Below are positions 55,490-64,000 of a stretch of 64,000 nt of DNA, in pieces (the stretch's first letter is position 1; each line of letters opens with the position of its first letter). A program made the translations under genes and the position numbers. Under the pieces are notes generated by a model. That model did no database searches. It saw nothing but the letters and a program-made list of their open reading frames with translations, and was not told where the DNA came from. The stretch is from a virus, in IMG/VR virus record IMGVR_UViG_3300009159_000053, positions 22,893 through 86,892 of that record; one strand, given 5' to 3'.

Positions 55490-57226
55490 TTAATCCCTGT
55501 CTACTGTTCTTCTTTGTGGAATTTTTGTTCCATAAGCGTCAGTGACAAGTTTGTTTCTTATCTCAGCCTCTGCTTCAACTTCCATGCCTTTTGTTTCTTG
55601 ACTGGCTGGATTTAAAGGATTATCAGCATCTTGAGGGCCCTGCATTCCGTCACCCATCATGTCTCCATCACCTATAACGGTAGGCTGCATTGGAATAGCA
55701 CTATTACCATCGGGTCCTGGCATCATGCCAGTCATGTCCATAATCTGTTTTTGAATTTGAATTTTTATAAGTTGTAGAGCACCATCAGCCTCAGCATCGG
55801 CCATGAGTTCTTTACGAATTTCTTGCAACTTCTCTTCAGGGAATTCTTCACCAAGTTGACGTAATGCACCCTCTTTAGACTCAAGTCCCATACCCAATTT
55901 AGTTTGAAGTTCATTAAGAACAATTAGTTTATCAAGAGGTAGAGGTTGTGGAAACTGTGCATAGTTAATGTAAGTAACGGGATCATTAGGATCTAGTTGT
56001 GGATACTGACCTTCTTTGATTGGTCCATCTTCATCTGGATTATAAATAAATGTCTGTGGTTCTTTAACTGCAAGAGTCTTCATTACTAATTCGTTTATCT
56101 TTTCTAAACCTTTACCATACTGTGCAACTTTTTGGGAGTAACGATTCATCAATGGTTGGTATTGAATAGAAAGAGCAACGCCAGAAGTATTTGAAATTGG
56201 TTGAACTTGTCCCAGTGCGGTTTCTGGAATGTTCATAAGTTCATGCATTGAGCGCTTTAATAGTTCTAGGTACTTTAAGGCTCCGTCTATACCTTGTGCA
56301 CCACCTTCTAAGTTGAAGACTTGAGCATCTTTTGGAAGACCGCCCCAAACCTTCTTAGCGCCTTTTTCTAAGTTAGAGGCTTTAGCACCCACGATTACCG
56401 TTACTGGCGATGCGTGGTAGTTAATGATGTCTGCAACATCAGTGCTAATTTCGTTATATGCACGGTTTATAGTGATGATGTCGTGTGCGTCCGAGAGACC
56501 CCACGGCGATCCTGAAACAGGAACATTAGGAATATGAACTACAGGAATTACGCCCAAAGGATTTGGACGTGAATCAATTAGTTCATCATTTACGTACTCT
56601 TCAATAATGTCATCAGTAAGAATTTCAGTATAAGTAAATACTTGACGAGTACCTTCTAAAGATGTACCCCAGAAACGATATTTTTGTTTAAATCTTAAAA
56701 GTCTATTTCTATCATGTGGATGAAATTCTGGAAAACAGAAAGAGGAGTTCATAGGAAGAATACGAACACGACCAGGATGTAATAATCCTGCAGAGTCTGT
56801 CCAAGGTTCTTCGTATGCTACTTTAACAAAACAATCTCCTGTAATTCCGCCTTGCTGTCCCATTTCAAGTAGGACACGCATCTTGTCATTATCTACCGTC
56901 CAAACCCGTTCCAACCTGTCAGGTACAATCGCTTCAGTCGCTTTCGGAGACCTGTAATGCACCCCACGACCAAAAGTAAAACGGGAAAGATAATCATTAA
57001 ACGCCCGATAGTAGTTAACAGCAATTTGCATTTCGCCTTGCTCACGACGGTACCCCCAATGGTGACCTAGATACATTGCCCAATTTAATGAATAACGGTT
57101 TAGGCGAGGACCATGAACTTCAAATTCTTCGTCAGCAAGTTCTACTAATCCAAGTGGAGAAATAGAAATAGTTAAATCAGATGATGCCGCTCTATATGAC
57201 GGCGGACTAAAGTCCAAAAATGACAT
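55490..57226 (-). CDS. Portal protein (SPP1 gp6-like)
   Basis: NPLGVIPVVHIPN, WGLSD, NTSGVAL; position. Confidence 0.9.
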   Translation of the reverse strand: MSFLDFSPPSYRAASSDLTISISPLGLVELADEEFEVHGPRLNRYSLNWAMYLGHHWGYRREQGEMQIAVNYYRAFNDYLSRFTFGRGVHYRSPKATEAIVPDRLERVWTVDNDKMRVLLEMGQQGGITGDCFVKVAYEEPWTDSAGLLHPGRVRILPMNSSFCFPEFHPHDRNRLLRFKQKYRFWGTSLEGTRQVFTYTEILTDDIIEEYVNDELIDSRPNPLGVIPVVHIPNVPVSGSPWGLSDAHDIITINRAYNEISTDVADIINYHASPVTVIVGAKASNLEKGAKKVWGGLPKDAQVFNLEGGAQGIDGALKYLELLKRSMHELMNIPETALGQVQPISNTSGVALSIQYQPLMNRYSQKVAQYGKGLEKINELVMKTLAVKEPQTFIYNPDEDGPIKEGQYPQLDPNDPVTYINYAQFPQPLPLDKLIVLNELQTKLGMGLESKEGALRQLGEEFPEEKLQEIRKELMADAEADGALQLIKIQIQKQIMDMTGMMPGPDGNSAIPMQPTVIGDGDMMGDGMQGPQDADNPLNPASQETKGMEVEAEAEIRNKLVTDAYGTKIPQRRTVDRD

Positions 57227-57489
57227 TACTTCTTGCCTTTATCTTTTTCTTTTTTAGAATTCTTTGTGTCTTTGTTACTTTCACGTTCTTTATTTTTTGC
57301 GTTCTCTTGTTTTTTCTTAGCCATATTTGCCCGACGACTTGCTTCAGTTGTTTCAACATACTGTCCGCCTGCTTGTTGATACTTTTTACTTACCCATGCC
57401 GATGCTCCAGGATTTGGATAGTTAGAATATTTTGCTCGTGCTTGAGCAACAAACATCGCATACAGTTTTGGGTTAGCAGGTTTACGCAT
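57226..57489 (-). CDS. Small Lys-rich protein coupled to the portal gene
   Basis: PANPKLY..ARAKY..YP...SAW..KKY...GG.Y; TAATG overlap. Confidence 0.75.
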   Translation of the reverse strand: MRKPANPKLYAMFVAQARAKYSNYPNPGASAWVSKKYQQAGGQYVETTEASRRANMAKKKQENAKNKERESNKDTKNSKKEKDKGKK

Positions 57490-57500
57490 TTACGTCTCCT

Positions 57501-57549
57501 CCGTAGATGACCAATCTCCGCTCATACCTTATAGTATGAACGGAGTTGG
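57501..57549 (-). promoter_or_regulatory. Intergenic stem-loop
   Basis: CCAACTCCGTTCATAC-TATAAG-GTATGAGCGGAGATTGG. Confidence 0.6.
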
Positions 57550-57564
57550 GTGTTAATAAGTAAC

Positions 57565-57960
57565 TTAGTCGTTTACGACTGTTGGGGACTGACGTTGAGT
57601 CCGTCCACCTGAACGAGCAACTGTCTCAATCTGTGCTGCTGAGTAGTCGTTCATTGTTCCATGAGCAAACTCACCAAGAAATGTTGGTGCTTCTGTCCAT
57701 GATGCAGAACCTACGTGAGCACGTTCAGCAAGTGTTTCTGCAGCAGGCTTTTGCCATACTGGTGCATTACGGTTTGGACGTCCTGCAGCAACGGCTGAAC
57801 CTTGTTGCATTCCTAATTGAAAATCGTTTGGAATATCGGTATCAGTTGCGACACCCTCTTCAAAACGTAGTGGTCCACGGCGAGTTGCATTATCTGCACC
57901 CTTGCGCTCATAAACCTGTGGTGCACGCTCTGGGAAGCGAGGTGCTGGTGATATTGTCAT
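57565..57960 (-). CDS. Hypothetical protein between terminase and portal
   Basis: 131 aa; AAGGAG RBS. Confidence 0.75.
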   Translation of the reverse strand: MTISPAPRFPERAPQVYERKGADNATRRGPLRFEEGVATDTDIPNDFQLGMQQGSAVAAGRPNRNAPVWQKPAAETLAERAHVGSASWTEAPTFLGEFAHGTMNDYSAAQIETVARSGGRTQRQSPTVVND

Positions 57961-58043
57961 TTATGACTCCTTAAGGATTGAATTGGGAAAGGCCTTTTCC
58001 TTGGTAATAGTTTCCACCCTTTTTGGTCTAAATTGTTGTTTAA

Positions 58044-59630
58044 CTAGAAAAAAGGATTGCTAGAGGCTACTACTTCTGGCATTACTAAGTCTTGGGTTAA
58101 GGAACAAGCAATGGATAAAGAATCTACAAAATCGTCATGTGCGTAGGATTCATCGGGGGCTGCTACAAGAAAATTTGGACCCTTATATTGTACTTCTGCA
58201 TCAACCATCTGTTGATAAAACCGTTTCCATGTACGTAGGCGCCTAGTTTTTGCATGAGCAGGCCACGCAATCATCTTACGTTGAATTAATGCTTGTAGGT
58301 GTTTCCATCGTTTTGATTGTTCAGATGGGCTAGACGTTAAAGACATAACCTCTGCTCTTGGTAATAAAAGTTTTAAACGTTGGGCAACAGCATCTCCTAC
58401 ACCGTTAGCGTCTACACCAACAGCAAGTACATCATAGTTACTTAAAAAGTTTACTATTTGATAATACTGCTCTTCCCAATCATCTCCTTGCATTTCTAAC
58501 CAGTTAAGAATTCGATGATCAAAATAACCAAACTCATCAGGACGATCCCAATCAACCCAGACAACAGTAACAACTGTACTGTCAGTTTTACGAGCAGGGT
58601 CAATACCAACAACAACTGGGGTCTTGTGCCATACCTTGACAAGTTCTTGAGACGTGTCGCCTAAGTCATCCATAATTGAAGAGGTAACAAACATTCCTCT
58701 TTCTAAGAGCCACTTACAGTTATAAGACATTTGAAACTCATCGGACTCTTCTCCAATACGCAACATCTCTTTACGAATAAACTTTTCGTAGTTTGGATTA
58801 AATTTTGCTACATCTTTCCAATCCCATTGGAAATGATTTTGCCTGTTACCTTTTGTAGTTTGACGTCTGCGATTTAATTGAATAGATCTATAAAAATTAT
58901 TTTTAGTTGTAGTGGGAGTTCCTGTCTTAACCATTGTTCCTGCGTAGTATGCAAGCATAGGAGAAATAGACTTAGAAACTACAAAGTCATCTGCTTCTTG
59001 ACACTCATCCACAACAATCAAATGAAAAGACTTAGACTCAATCTTTGCTCGTGGGTTTGCAGTCATCATGGTTATTGTTGAACCTGATTTCTTTAATTTT
59101 AGTTGTCTAGTTACACCGCCAACACGAACTGCAGAATCGTCAATTTCGACATCGCCCATAATATCTACGGCTCTTTCAGAGGTTAAACGAGTTACAGCAC
59201 GACCAAACAATGTTTCGGCCTGAGATTCAGTTGGGGCAAATAACCCAACCCAAACTCCATCTTTAAACTTACCTAATAAATCAGGATATAACTTAGCAAG
59301 ACGAGGTAAGAGAATCATCAGTGTGGCTACAGTGTCAGCGACGGTTTCAGACTTACCAGACTGACGTGAAGCAAGAGCAGTTACTTCTTCACCGTCGTTG
59401 ATAATTACTGATTCCATAATACGACGGGCTAGAGGTTTCTGATAAGCATGCAAATCATGCCCGACAAGAACCTTTAAAAAGTCCATCATCTTATCTATTA
59501 ATGTATCTACAAATTTTTGCGATAACTCATCGAGTAAATCTTCTACAGGATCTTCTACAGGTTTTTCTTCAGCCTGATAAAACTCAGGACTAATCTCTTC
59601 AAACTTATCTTTGTCGTATTTAGATTCCAT
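58044..59630 (-). CDS. terL: Terminase large subunit
   Basis: RQSGKS, VVDECQ, GTP, VGIDPA..DST, HDDFVDS. Confidence 0.95.
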   Translation of the reverse strand: MESKYDKDKFEEISPEFYQAEEKPVEDPVEDLLDELSQKFVDTLIDKMMDFLKVLVGHDLHAYQKPLARRIMESVIINDGEEVTALASRQSGKSETVADTVATLMILLPRLAKLYPDLLGKFKDGVWVGLFAPTESQAETLFGRAVTRLTSERAVDIMGDVEIDDSAVRVGGVTRQLKLKKSGSTITMMTANPRAKIESKSFHLIVVDECQEADDFVVSKSISPMLAYYAGTMVKTGTPTTTKNNFYRSIQLNRRRQTTKGNRQNHFQWDWKDVAKFNPNYEKFIRKEMLRIGEESDEFQMSYNCKWLLERGMFVTSSIMDDLGDTSQELVKVWHKTPVVVGIDPARKTDSTVVTVVWVDWDRPDEFGYFDHRILNWLEMQGDDWEEQYYQIVNFLSNYDVLAVGVDANGVGDAVAQRLKLLLPRAEVMSLTSSPSEQSKRWKHLQALIQRKMIAWPAHAKTRRLRTWKRFYQQMVDAEVQYKGPNFLVAAPDESYAHDDFVDSLSIACSLTQDLVMPEVVASSNPFF

Positions 59631-59647
59631 GGTGTCCTTATAAAACA

Positions 59648-59678
59648 GCGAAACCCATCACTAAGGATGGGTTAACGC
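59648..59678. promoter_or_regulatory. Hairpin upstream of terL
   Basis: AACCCATC-ACTAAG-GATGGGTT, extendable by GCG/CGC. Confidence 0.6.
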
Positions 59679-59706
59679 CTGACCTGTAAGAGAGTAAGAC
59701 AGTTAA

Positions 59707-59949
59707 TCATAGCACAGACTTAGATCTACGCTTTAACTCTTTAGCAATTGCATGGAAGACTTCGGCGCCCATAAGAATTTCATCAAGGTCTGCTTCACTC
59801 TGTTGTCTTTGCCAGATTGTAATGTGTTTTCCAATCGTATACATCGACTGCTCCATCCATGAAATCAAATCTGGAGTAGGGATTGTTGCCACCCGCTTCT
59901 CTATCCGAGTCTGGGGCTGGTGTCCATCCTGCTTCTTCCGTAAAATCAT
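59707..59949 (-). CDS. Hypothetical helical protein
   Basis: 80 aa; GAGG RBS; overlaps the upstream gene. Confidence 0.6.
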   Translation of the reverse strand: MILRKKQDGHQPQTRIEKRVATIPTPDLISWMEQSMYTIGKHITIWQRQQSEADLDEILMGAEVFHAIAKELKRRSKSVL

Positions 59950-60193
59950 CGTAGGTTACTTCCCGCTTTCCTAGTGCCATTGTTAATGCTTCTTCTTCAT
60001 TTTTTGTACCAGTCCACTTTCCAAACACTAACGCTTTATATCGTGGCAAGCGTACTATAAAGGGAGTGGATGTGCGAAATGGGTACTCAATTTCTTGAGT
60101 CCAACCACGAACAAAGAACTTAAAACCCCATTTAAAAGGAAAATTTGTTAATTGTACGAAATGTTTTGGTCCAATTTTATGTACCTTGGGCAT
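59795..60193 (-). CDS. Hypothetical protein
   Basis: 132 aa; TAATG start. Confidence 0.7.
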   Translation of the reverse strand: MPKVHKIGPKHFVQLTNFPFKWGFKFFVRGWTQEIEYPFRTSTPFIVRLPRYKALVFGKWTGTKNEEEALTMALGKREVTYDDFTEEAGWTPAPDSDREAGGNNPYSRFDFMDGAVDVYDWKTHYNLAKTTE

Positions 60194-60951
60194 TATTTCC
60201 TTTTCTTAGGCGGACGTCCTCCATAGTTTAATTGAGCAGCACGAGTAAACCTGTAGAAAGTTTTTCTAGCATTTGCAGATAAACTAGAAACATCCGCAGC
60301 GCCACGAGGTTTGTAATCTAGAAACGTATAGATGTACTGGCCCTTAGAAACTACAGACTTAAACTTTTGCCAATCTCCTGCCGAACATTCGTAGTAATTG
60401 TAGAAGGTTCCATCTCTAAACACAACTGTAATAACCTCACGGGTATTGTCGTAGCCTGCGGCGACGGTACGTGGCCGTGCTGGATCAGAGGTACTAGTTG
60501 GAACAACTGTTATGGGAGCAGGGGCATCGGACTCACCAAATTGAGGTCCCTTTTCACCAGGAACAATTAACTCACCCGTATCTTCATCAACGTCGTAAGA
60601 CTGGCGATACGCAGACCTATCAACAAAGTTTCCATCTTTGTCTACATAATAAACATCACTATCAAGATTTGGGGCTAATGCTTCTCCCGCTAAGTTTGCA
60701 ACTTTTTTTGTGCCAGTGTAATAACGCATTGTGTCATTTGCTTTAGTTAAAGATATAAACTCACTAAATTCACCAACAGAACTTGCGGTTGGTAGACCAG
60801 CAAACATACTGGCGCCTGATCCTGTTATTTTAGAAATTCCTGCGGTTTGTTTAGAGCCTAAACCGTAAAACGCTCCTAATAATTCTTGAGCAGAAGGAAG
60901 AGCAGCCCGTTTATTACGACGAGCCGCTCCTCCACCTGCAATACGTGCCAT
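60193..60951 (-). CDS. KTSC-domain protein
   Basis: AGYD....ITVVFRDGTFYNY......W..F....SKGQYI. Confidence 0.8.
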   Translation of the reverse strand: MARIAGGGAARRNKRAALPSAQELLGAFYGLGSKQTAGISKITGSGASMFAGLPTASSVGEFSEFISLTKANDTMRYYTGTKKVANLAGEALAPNLDSDVYYVDKDGNFVDRSAYRQSYDVDEDTGELIVPGEKGPQFGESDAPAPITVVPTSTSDPARPRTVAAGYDNTREVITVVFRDGTFYNYYECSAGDWQKFKSVVSKGQYIYTFLDYKPRGAADVSSLSANARKTFYRFTRAAQLNYGGRPPKKRK

Positions 60952-60970
60952 TTGTCTATTTAGACTCCGA

Positions 60971-61642
60971 TTAAGATGCTGCTGCGAATGGTGTAATTGT
61001 TACTGCTGCACCTACAGAGATGTTGTTTGCTCCTGCTGCAACTGATTGAGTCTTTATAGTTCCTGCAACTCCAGCAACGGTTCCAGAAAGACCAGATGCG
61101 TTATATGAAGTAGTTGCAGTTGTTGTTACGTTAATTTGGTTTGCACTTGCAACAGTAGTAACTGAATAGGTTCCATTGAAATCAGCACTAAGTCCTGCAA
61201 GTGTTACTTTTTGACCAATAGAATAGCCGTGACTTGCTACAGCAACTTGAAGAACGGTTGTACCTGCAACACGTTGTAGAGCAGTTACTGTCTTTGCAGC
61301 ATTTGTTGCTGCTGTTGCAGTTGTTGGAACAAGACTTGCATCTTTCATTGCGTCAGTTGCTTCTGCTGTTGTTAAACCAACTACGCTTGGTACAAGTACG
61401 TAATCGGTTGGACCTGCGACATCTTCTCCTGCACTGTTTTCGGCAAATAAAGGATATCCACCCCATCCAGATAGAGCGGTGATGTGATTATCTAATAATG
61501 GATCAAGACGACCTGGTGTGCCAACTGCACTTACGGCATTTGGACGAACGTCGTTTGGTTGCATAGGAAGATTTCCCCATACAAAATCAATTGCGACTTC
61601 ACCAGCGGTATCTAAAAGATTACCGTTGTTATTTACTGCCAT
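60971..61642 (-). CDS. PASTA-like domain protein with an inserted beta module
   Basis: VPSVVGLTTAEA...[insert]...GTIKTQS..AG....GAAVTI. Confidence 0.7.
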   Translation of the reverse strand: MAVNNNGNLLDTAGEVAIDFVWGNLPMQPNDVRPNAVSAVGTPGRLDPLLDNHITALSGWGGYPLFAENSAGEDVAGPTDYVLVPSVVGLTTAEATDAMKDASLVPTTATAATNAAKTVTALQRVAGTTVLQVAVASHGYSIGQKVTLAGLSADFNGTYSVTTVASANQINVTTTATTSYNASGLSGTVAGVAGTIKTQSVAAGANNISVGAAVTITPFAAAS

Positions 61643-61735
61643 GTTTTCTTCTTTCTCTAGAGAGGTTTATTTTCCCCATGCGCTTAGGGGACCCTTAAAA
61701 GTAAGTATCCAAGAAGATAGGTAAAATGTCAGGGT

Positions 61736-61975
61736 TTAATCATCCCACTCATCACATTGATGCTCTTCTAACTCTAACTCTTCTAGAATACGTTCACAAT
61801 CTTTACATTTAAAAAACCTGACATCATCTAATGCCACATGTAAAGAATCAGCATGTTCAAGGTCCTGCTCCATTTGTGGTCCCGCTAAAACTTCTGGAGG
61901 AAATGGACCCCTAGGAGCATGAGAAGACTTTGGAATGGCATGGCCTTGCACTGCAAACTTACGAATTAACTTCAT
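61736..61975 (-). CDS. Small Zn-binding protein
   Basis: CKDC...H.C. Confidence 0.65.
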   Translation of the reverse strand: MKLIRKFAVQGHAIPKSSHAPRGPFPPEVLAGPQMEQDLEHADSLHVALDDVRFFKCKDCERILEELELEEHQCDEWDD

Positions 61976-62227
61976 TTATTTTTCCGACTTTTTAGATGCA
62001 GCCTTCTTCTTTGGTGCTTCAACGGATTCAGTAGTTGCAGGTTTTAAAGCCGCAAGTGCTGATGTTTGATCTTCCTTGTACTCTTCGGTAATAGTTAACA
62101 ACCCTGCTTTTTTACGTTCATTTAAAAAGGAAGGCAAACACTTACCACAATACAAAATAGATTCTACTTTTGAAATTTTATACTCAAACATTGCTCGTCT
62201 GTCACAATTAACACAATTCATTACCAC
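61976..62227 (-). CDS. Small Zn-binding protein
   Basis: CVNC...YCGKC. Confidence 0.65.
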   Translation of the reverse strand: MVMNCVNCDRRAMFEYKISKVESILYCGKCLPSFLNERKKAGLLTITEEYKEDQTSALAALKPATTESVEAPKKKAASKKSEK

Positions 62228-62571
62228 TCCACTCCATGAGAAAACTGTTTACCATAAACATCTACAGGTGCTCCACCAGTCATTGGTCCTGGACGTGATG
62301 GTTCAGAAAATATCCTAGACAGTTGTTCCTTAGATTGTGGGTCAACCTCTGGGTGATCTGACAGGTTTTGAGCACGAGTCCAGAACTCAGGTGGGTACAT
62401 ACCAAAATTACGTAGTATCTGACCATGAGTCTTTATTGCTGGATTTCTTGAAACTTTCATAGCAAAGTTTAAAATCTTTTTATCAATCGCAGATAGCGGC
62501 GCTTGTTTTGATTCAGCACCAGAGTTAAAATCATTATAAGACTGATGGCCTTTGTCTATTGCACCAGCCAT
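62221..62571 (-). CDS. Hypothetical protein, possibly DUF3263-like
   Basis: LS.IDKKILNF...I...FGM....F......L.DHP. Confidence 0.5.
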   Translation of the reverse strand: MAGAIDKGHQSYNDFNSGAESKQAPLSAIDKKILNFAMKVSRNPAIKTHGQILRNFGMYPPEFWTRAQNLSDHPEVDPQSKEQLSRIFSEPSRPGPMTGGAPVDVYGKQFSHGVEW

Positions 62572-62966
62572 TACGGAACTTTCTTTCCGCCTCTTACTTT
62601 CTTAACAGGAACTCTTCCTGGTTTTGAAACAGCAGTAGGAGTTGGCATTTTAGAGGTATAACTTGCAGACGCATCTCCATACTTTACAGATACTTGTGTT
62701 CCTGGTTGTGCAAAGCCATGGACGCTCTCTGCAAAGTGCATTGTTCTTCCGTGCCCTGCTTTTGCAGATCTTTCAGTAAGACGTGCTTGTTGAGCGGTGC
62801 TTCTAGTTGTTGCCTCATGTTGAGCCGCATGCATTGCTAGAGTTGTTTGAGTTAAGTTCATTTGATCAGAGTCACGTTGAGAACGTGCCCCCTCTTTGTA
62901 CTTGCTAGCCAAAAACCTACCTGCTATAGCGAATGGGTTTGGATCGTTTGGGGTCTGCATACTCAT
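62571..62966 (-). CDS. Hypothetical protein
   Basis: 131-aa ORF. Confidence 0.65.
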   Translation of the reverse strand: MSMQTPNDPNPFAIAGRFLASKYKEGARSQRDSDQMNLTQTTLAMHAAQHEATTRSTAQQARLTERSAKAGHGRTMHFAESVHGFAQPGTQVSVKYGDASASYTSKMPTPTAVSKPGRVPVKKVRGGKKVP

Positions 62967-62980
62967 AGGTATATCATCTC

Positions 62981-63352
62981 TTAAACAGGTTCTTTAGACT
63001 TGCTAACTGATAGATGTTCTTCAATACTAATTAAACGCTCTCCCATTTCAACAAAGGCCTCCATTAGGACTCCCTGGTTGTCATACATTTTATTTACTAC
63101 ATCTTTTGTTGAACTTCCTCCATTACTGGAAAGTTCTCCGTCTAGGCGATTTAATCTTTCCATAACTCCTGGAACACGATCTCGGCCTGGAGACTCCTCT
63201 TCTCCAGACCAATCTCGTTTAAAATCTTCAAACCAACTCATAAATAAATCTGCCTTTTTTTTGTAAGGTTCAACTAATTGACGAAGCCCTAATAGGGCTG
63301 CGGTTATTATTCCAACCGTTGCAAAGACAGTGATTATCATATTGTTGGTCAT
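62981..63352 (-). CDS. Membrane-anchored protein (lysis-cassette type)
   Basis: N-terminal TM; DW.GE..PG..RVPGVMERL..NGGSS.KD. Confidence 0.65.
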   Translation of the reverse strand: MTNNMIITVFATVGIITAALLGLRQLVEPYKKKADLFMSWFEDFKRDWSGEEESPGRDRVPGVMERLNRLDGELSSNGGSSTKDVVNKMYDNQGVLMEAFVEMGERLISIEEHLSVSKSKEPV

Positions 63353-63376
63353 CCGACTTATGTACCTTTCTTGAAG

Positions 63377-63571
63377 TTACTTCTTAGCGCCAAATCCGTA
63401 GGACGCATCCTTTGGATTTAATGCTTTGGCTAATGGGCCGAGAAGACCTGCAAGAAAAGCATTTGCTAAAGTCTTTGGGTCTGTAATACCGCTCATATAC
63501 AAAGCGGCAACTGCTGCTGCTGCTGCACGTAGGTACGTACCTGCTGCGGCTTCTAGTGCTTTCTTATCCAT
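63377..63571 (-). CDS. Putative holin
   Basis: YLRA..AAV.ALY..G.TDPK.L..A....LNPKD..YG; AAGGAG RBS. Confidence 0.65.
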   Translation of the reverse strand: MDKKALEAAAGTYLRAAAAAVAALYMSGITDPKTLANAFLAGLLGPLAKALNPKDASYGFGAKK

Positions 63572-63614
63572 ACATCTCCTTACAAAGTGCCCAACCTCAA
63601 GAACAAATAATCCC

Positions 63615-63779
63615 TTAATCTTCTCGATTACGCAGTGGATACGTAACTGCCCATGCAATTAAAGTTCCAACAATTGCATATCCAACTATGGTTTTTGCAC
63701 TTCCGTCTAAAACTACCCAGGCAATAAACATGCCGAGTAGTGTCCAGAGTTGGTCAACCATATCTTTTAATATTTTCAC
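63615..63779 (-). CDS. Small 2-TM membrane protein, 54 aa (not in ORF track)
   Basis: MKILKDMVDQLWTLLGMFIAWVVLDGSAKTIVGYAIVGTLIAWAVTYPLRNRED; GTGA overlap. Confidence 0.75.
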   Translation of the reverse strand: MKILKDMVDQLWTLLGMFIAWVVLDGSAKTIVGYAIVGTLIAWAVTYPLRNRED

Positions 63780-64000
63780 GGCTTACGTCTCCTAACCGTT
63801 CTCTTTGGTTTGTCATTGCCAGCGGCAGGGCCGCCAGCACCTCCACCACTTGTTGGTGTTGTTCCCCCTGTTGTAGTTCTTGCTGCACTAACTGCAGCAG
63901 ATGTTGCTGCACCTGTTGCTGCGTTAATTGCTGCACCTGTTGCAACCACTGTTGCAACAACCATCTTTGTTGCTTCTTCACGTTCTTCTGTACTCATGTC
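63776..64000 (-). CDS. C-terminus of a larger membrane-anchored protein (5' truncated)
   Basis: EEREEATKMVVATVVA hydrophobic anchor followed by a basic tail. Confidence 0.6.
   Translation of the reverse strand, partial: DMSTEEREEATKMVVATVVATGAAINAATGAATSAAVSAARTTTGGTTPTSGGGAGGPAAGNDKPKRTVRRRKP

Noticed and set aside
59641-59700. Possible hammerhead ribozyme (GAAAC-stem-GTT...CTGA)
   Set aside because: The CUGANGA core is not matched (CTGACCT) and stems I/II are not evident; kept as a plain hairpin.
20326-61300. Duplicated module as a DGR template/variable repeat pair
   Set aside because: No reverse transcriptase in the window, both copies are coding, and the differences are not adenine-specific.
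1-64000. Stop-codon reassignment, introns/inteins, tRNAs
   Set aside because: Core genes are intact and of normal length in the standard code, all three stops are used, and no intergenic gap showed a tRNA cloverleaf by eye (tRNAscan-SE/Infernal not run).

Overview
A 64-kb segment of an AT-rich dsDNA tailed phage with a contractile tail, probably infecting an actinobacterium (it carries WhiB; a low-GC freshwater host is an inference). Nearly all genes lie on the minus strand. From right to left the order is: holin and small proteins; terminase, portal, scaffold and major capsid protein; neck and collagen-like fibres; a lone plus-strand glycan-modification operon (GH130-like, TPR, methyltransferase, GT25-like); a duplicated three-gene glycine-rich fibre cassette; an array of nine tiny Lys/Arg-rich genes; sheath, tube, chaperone, tape measure and baseplate; a full replication/recombination module (initiator with internal repeats, DnaC-like loader, DnaB, primase, SNF2 helicase, SSB, PolA, RecA, Cas4-like nuclease, two resolvases); and accessory genes (secreted subtilase, SpoVS). 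I found no tRNA, CRISPR array, integrase, reverse transcriptase or endolysin. All calls come from motif recognition by eye with no database searches. Several starts were moved from the ORF track, and small ORFs missing from the track were translated by hand. The best leads are the basic micropeptide array, the glyco-operon next to Thr/Ser-rich collagen fibres, the A-B-C fibre triads, a module copied into three structural proteins, and hairpins whose loops are complementary to the next gene's RBS.
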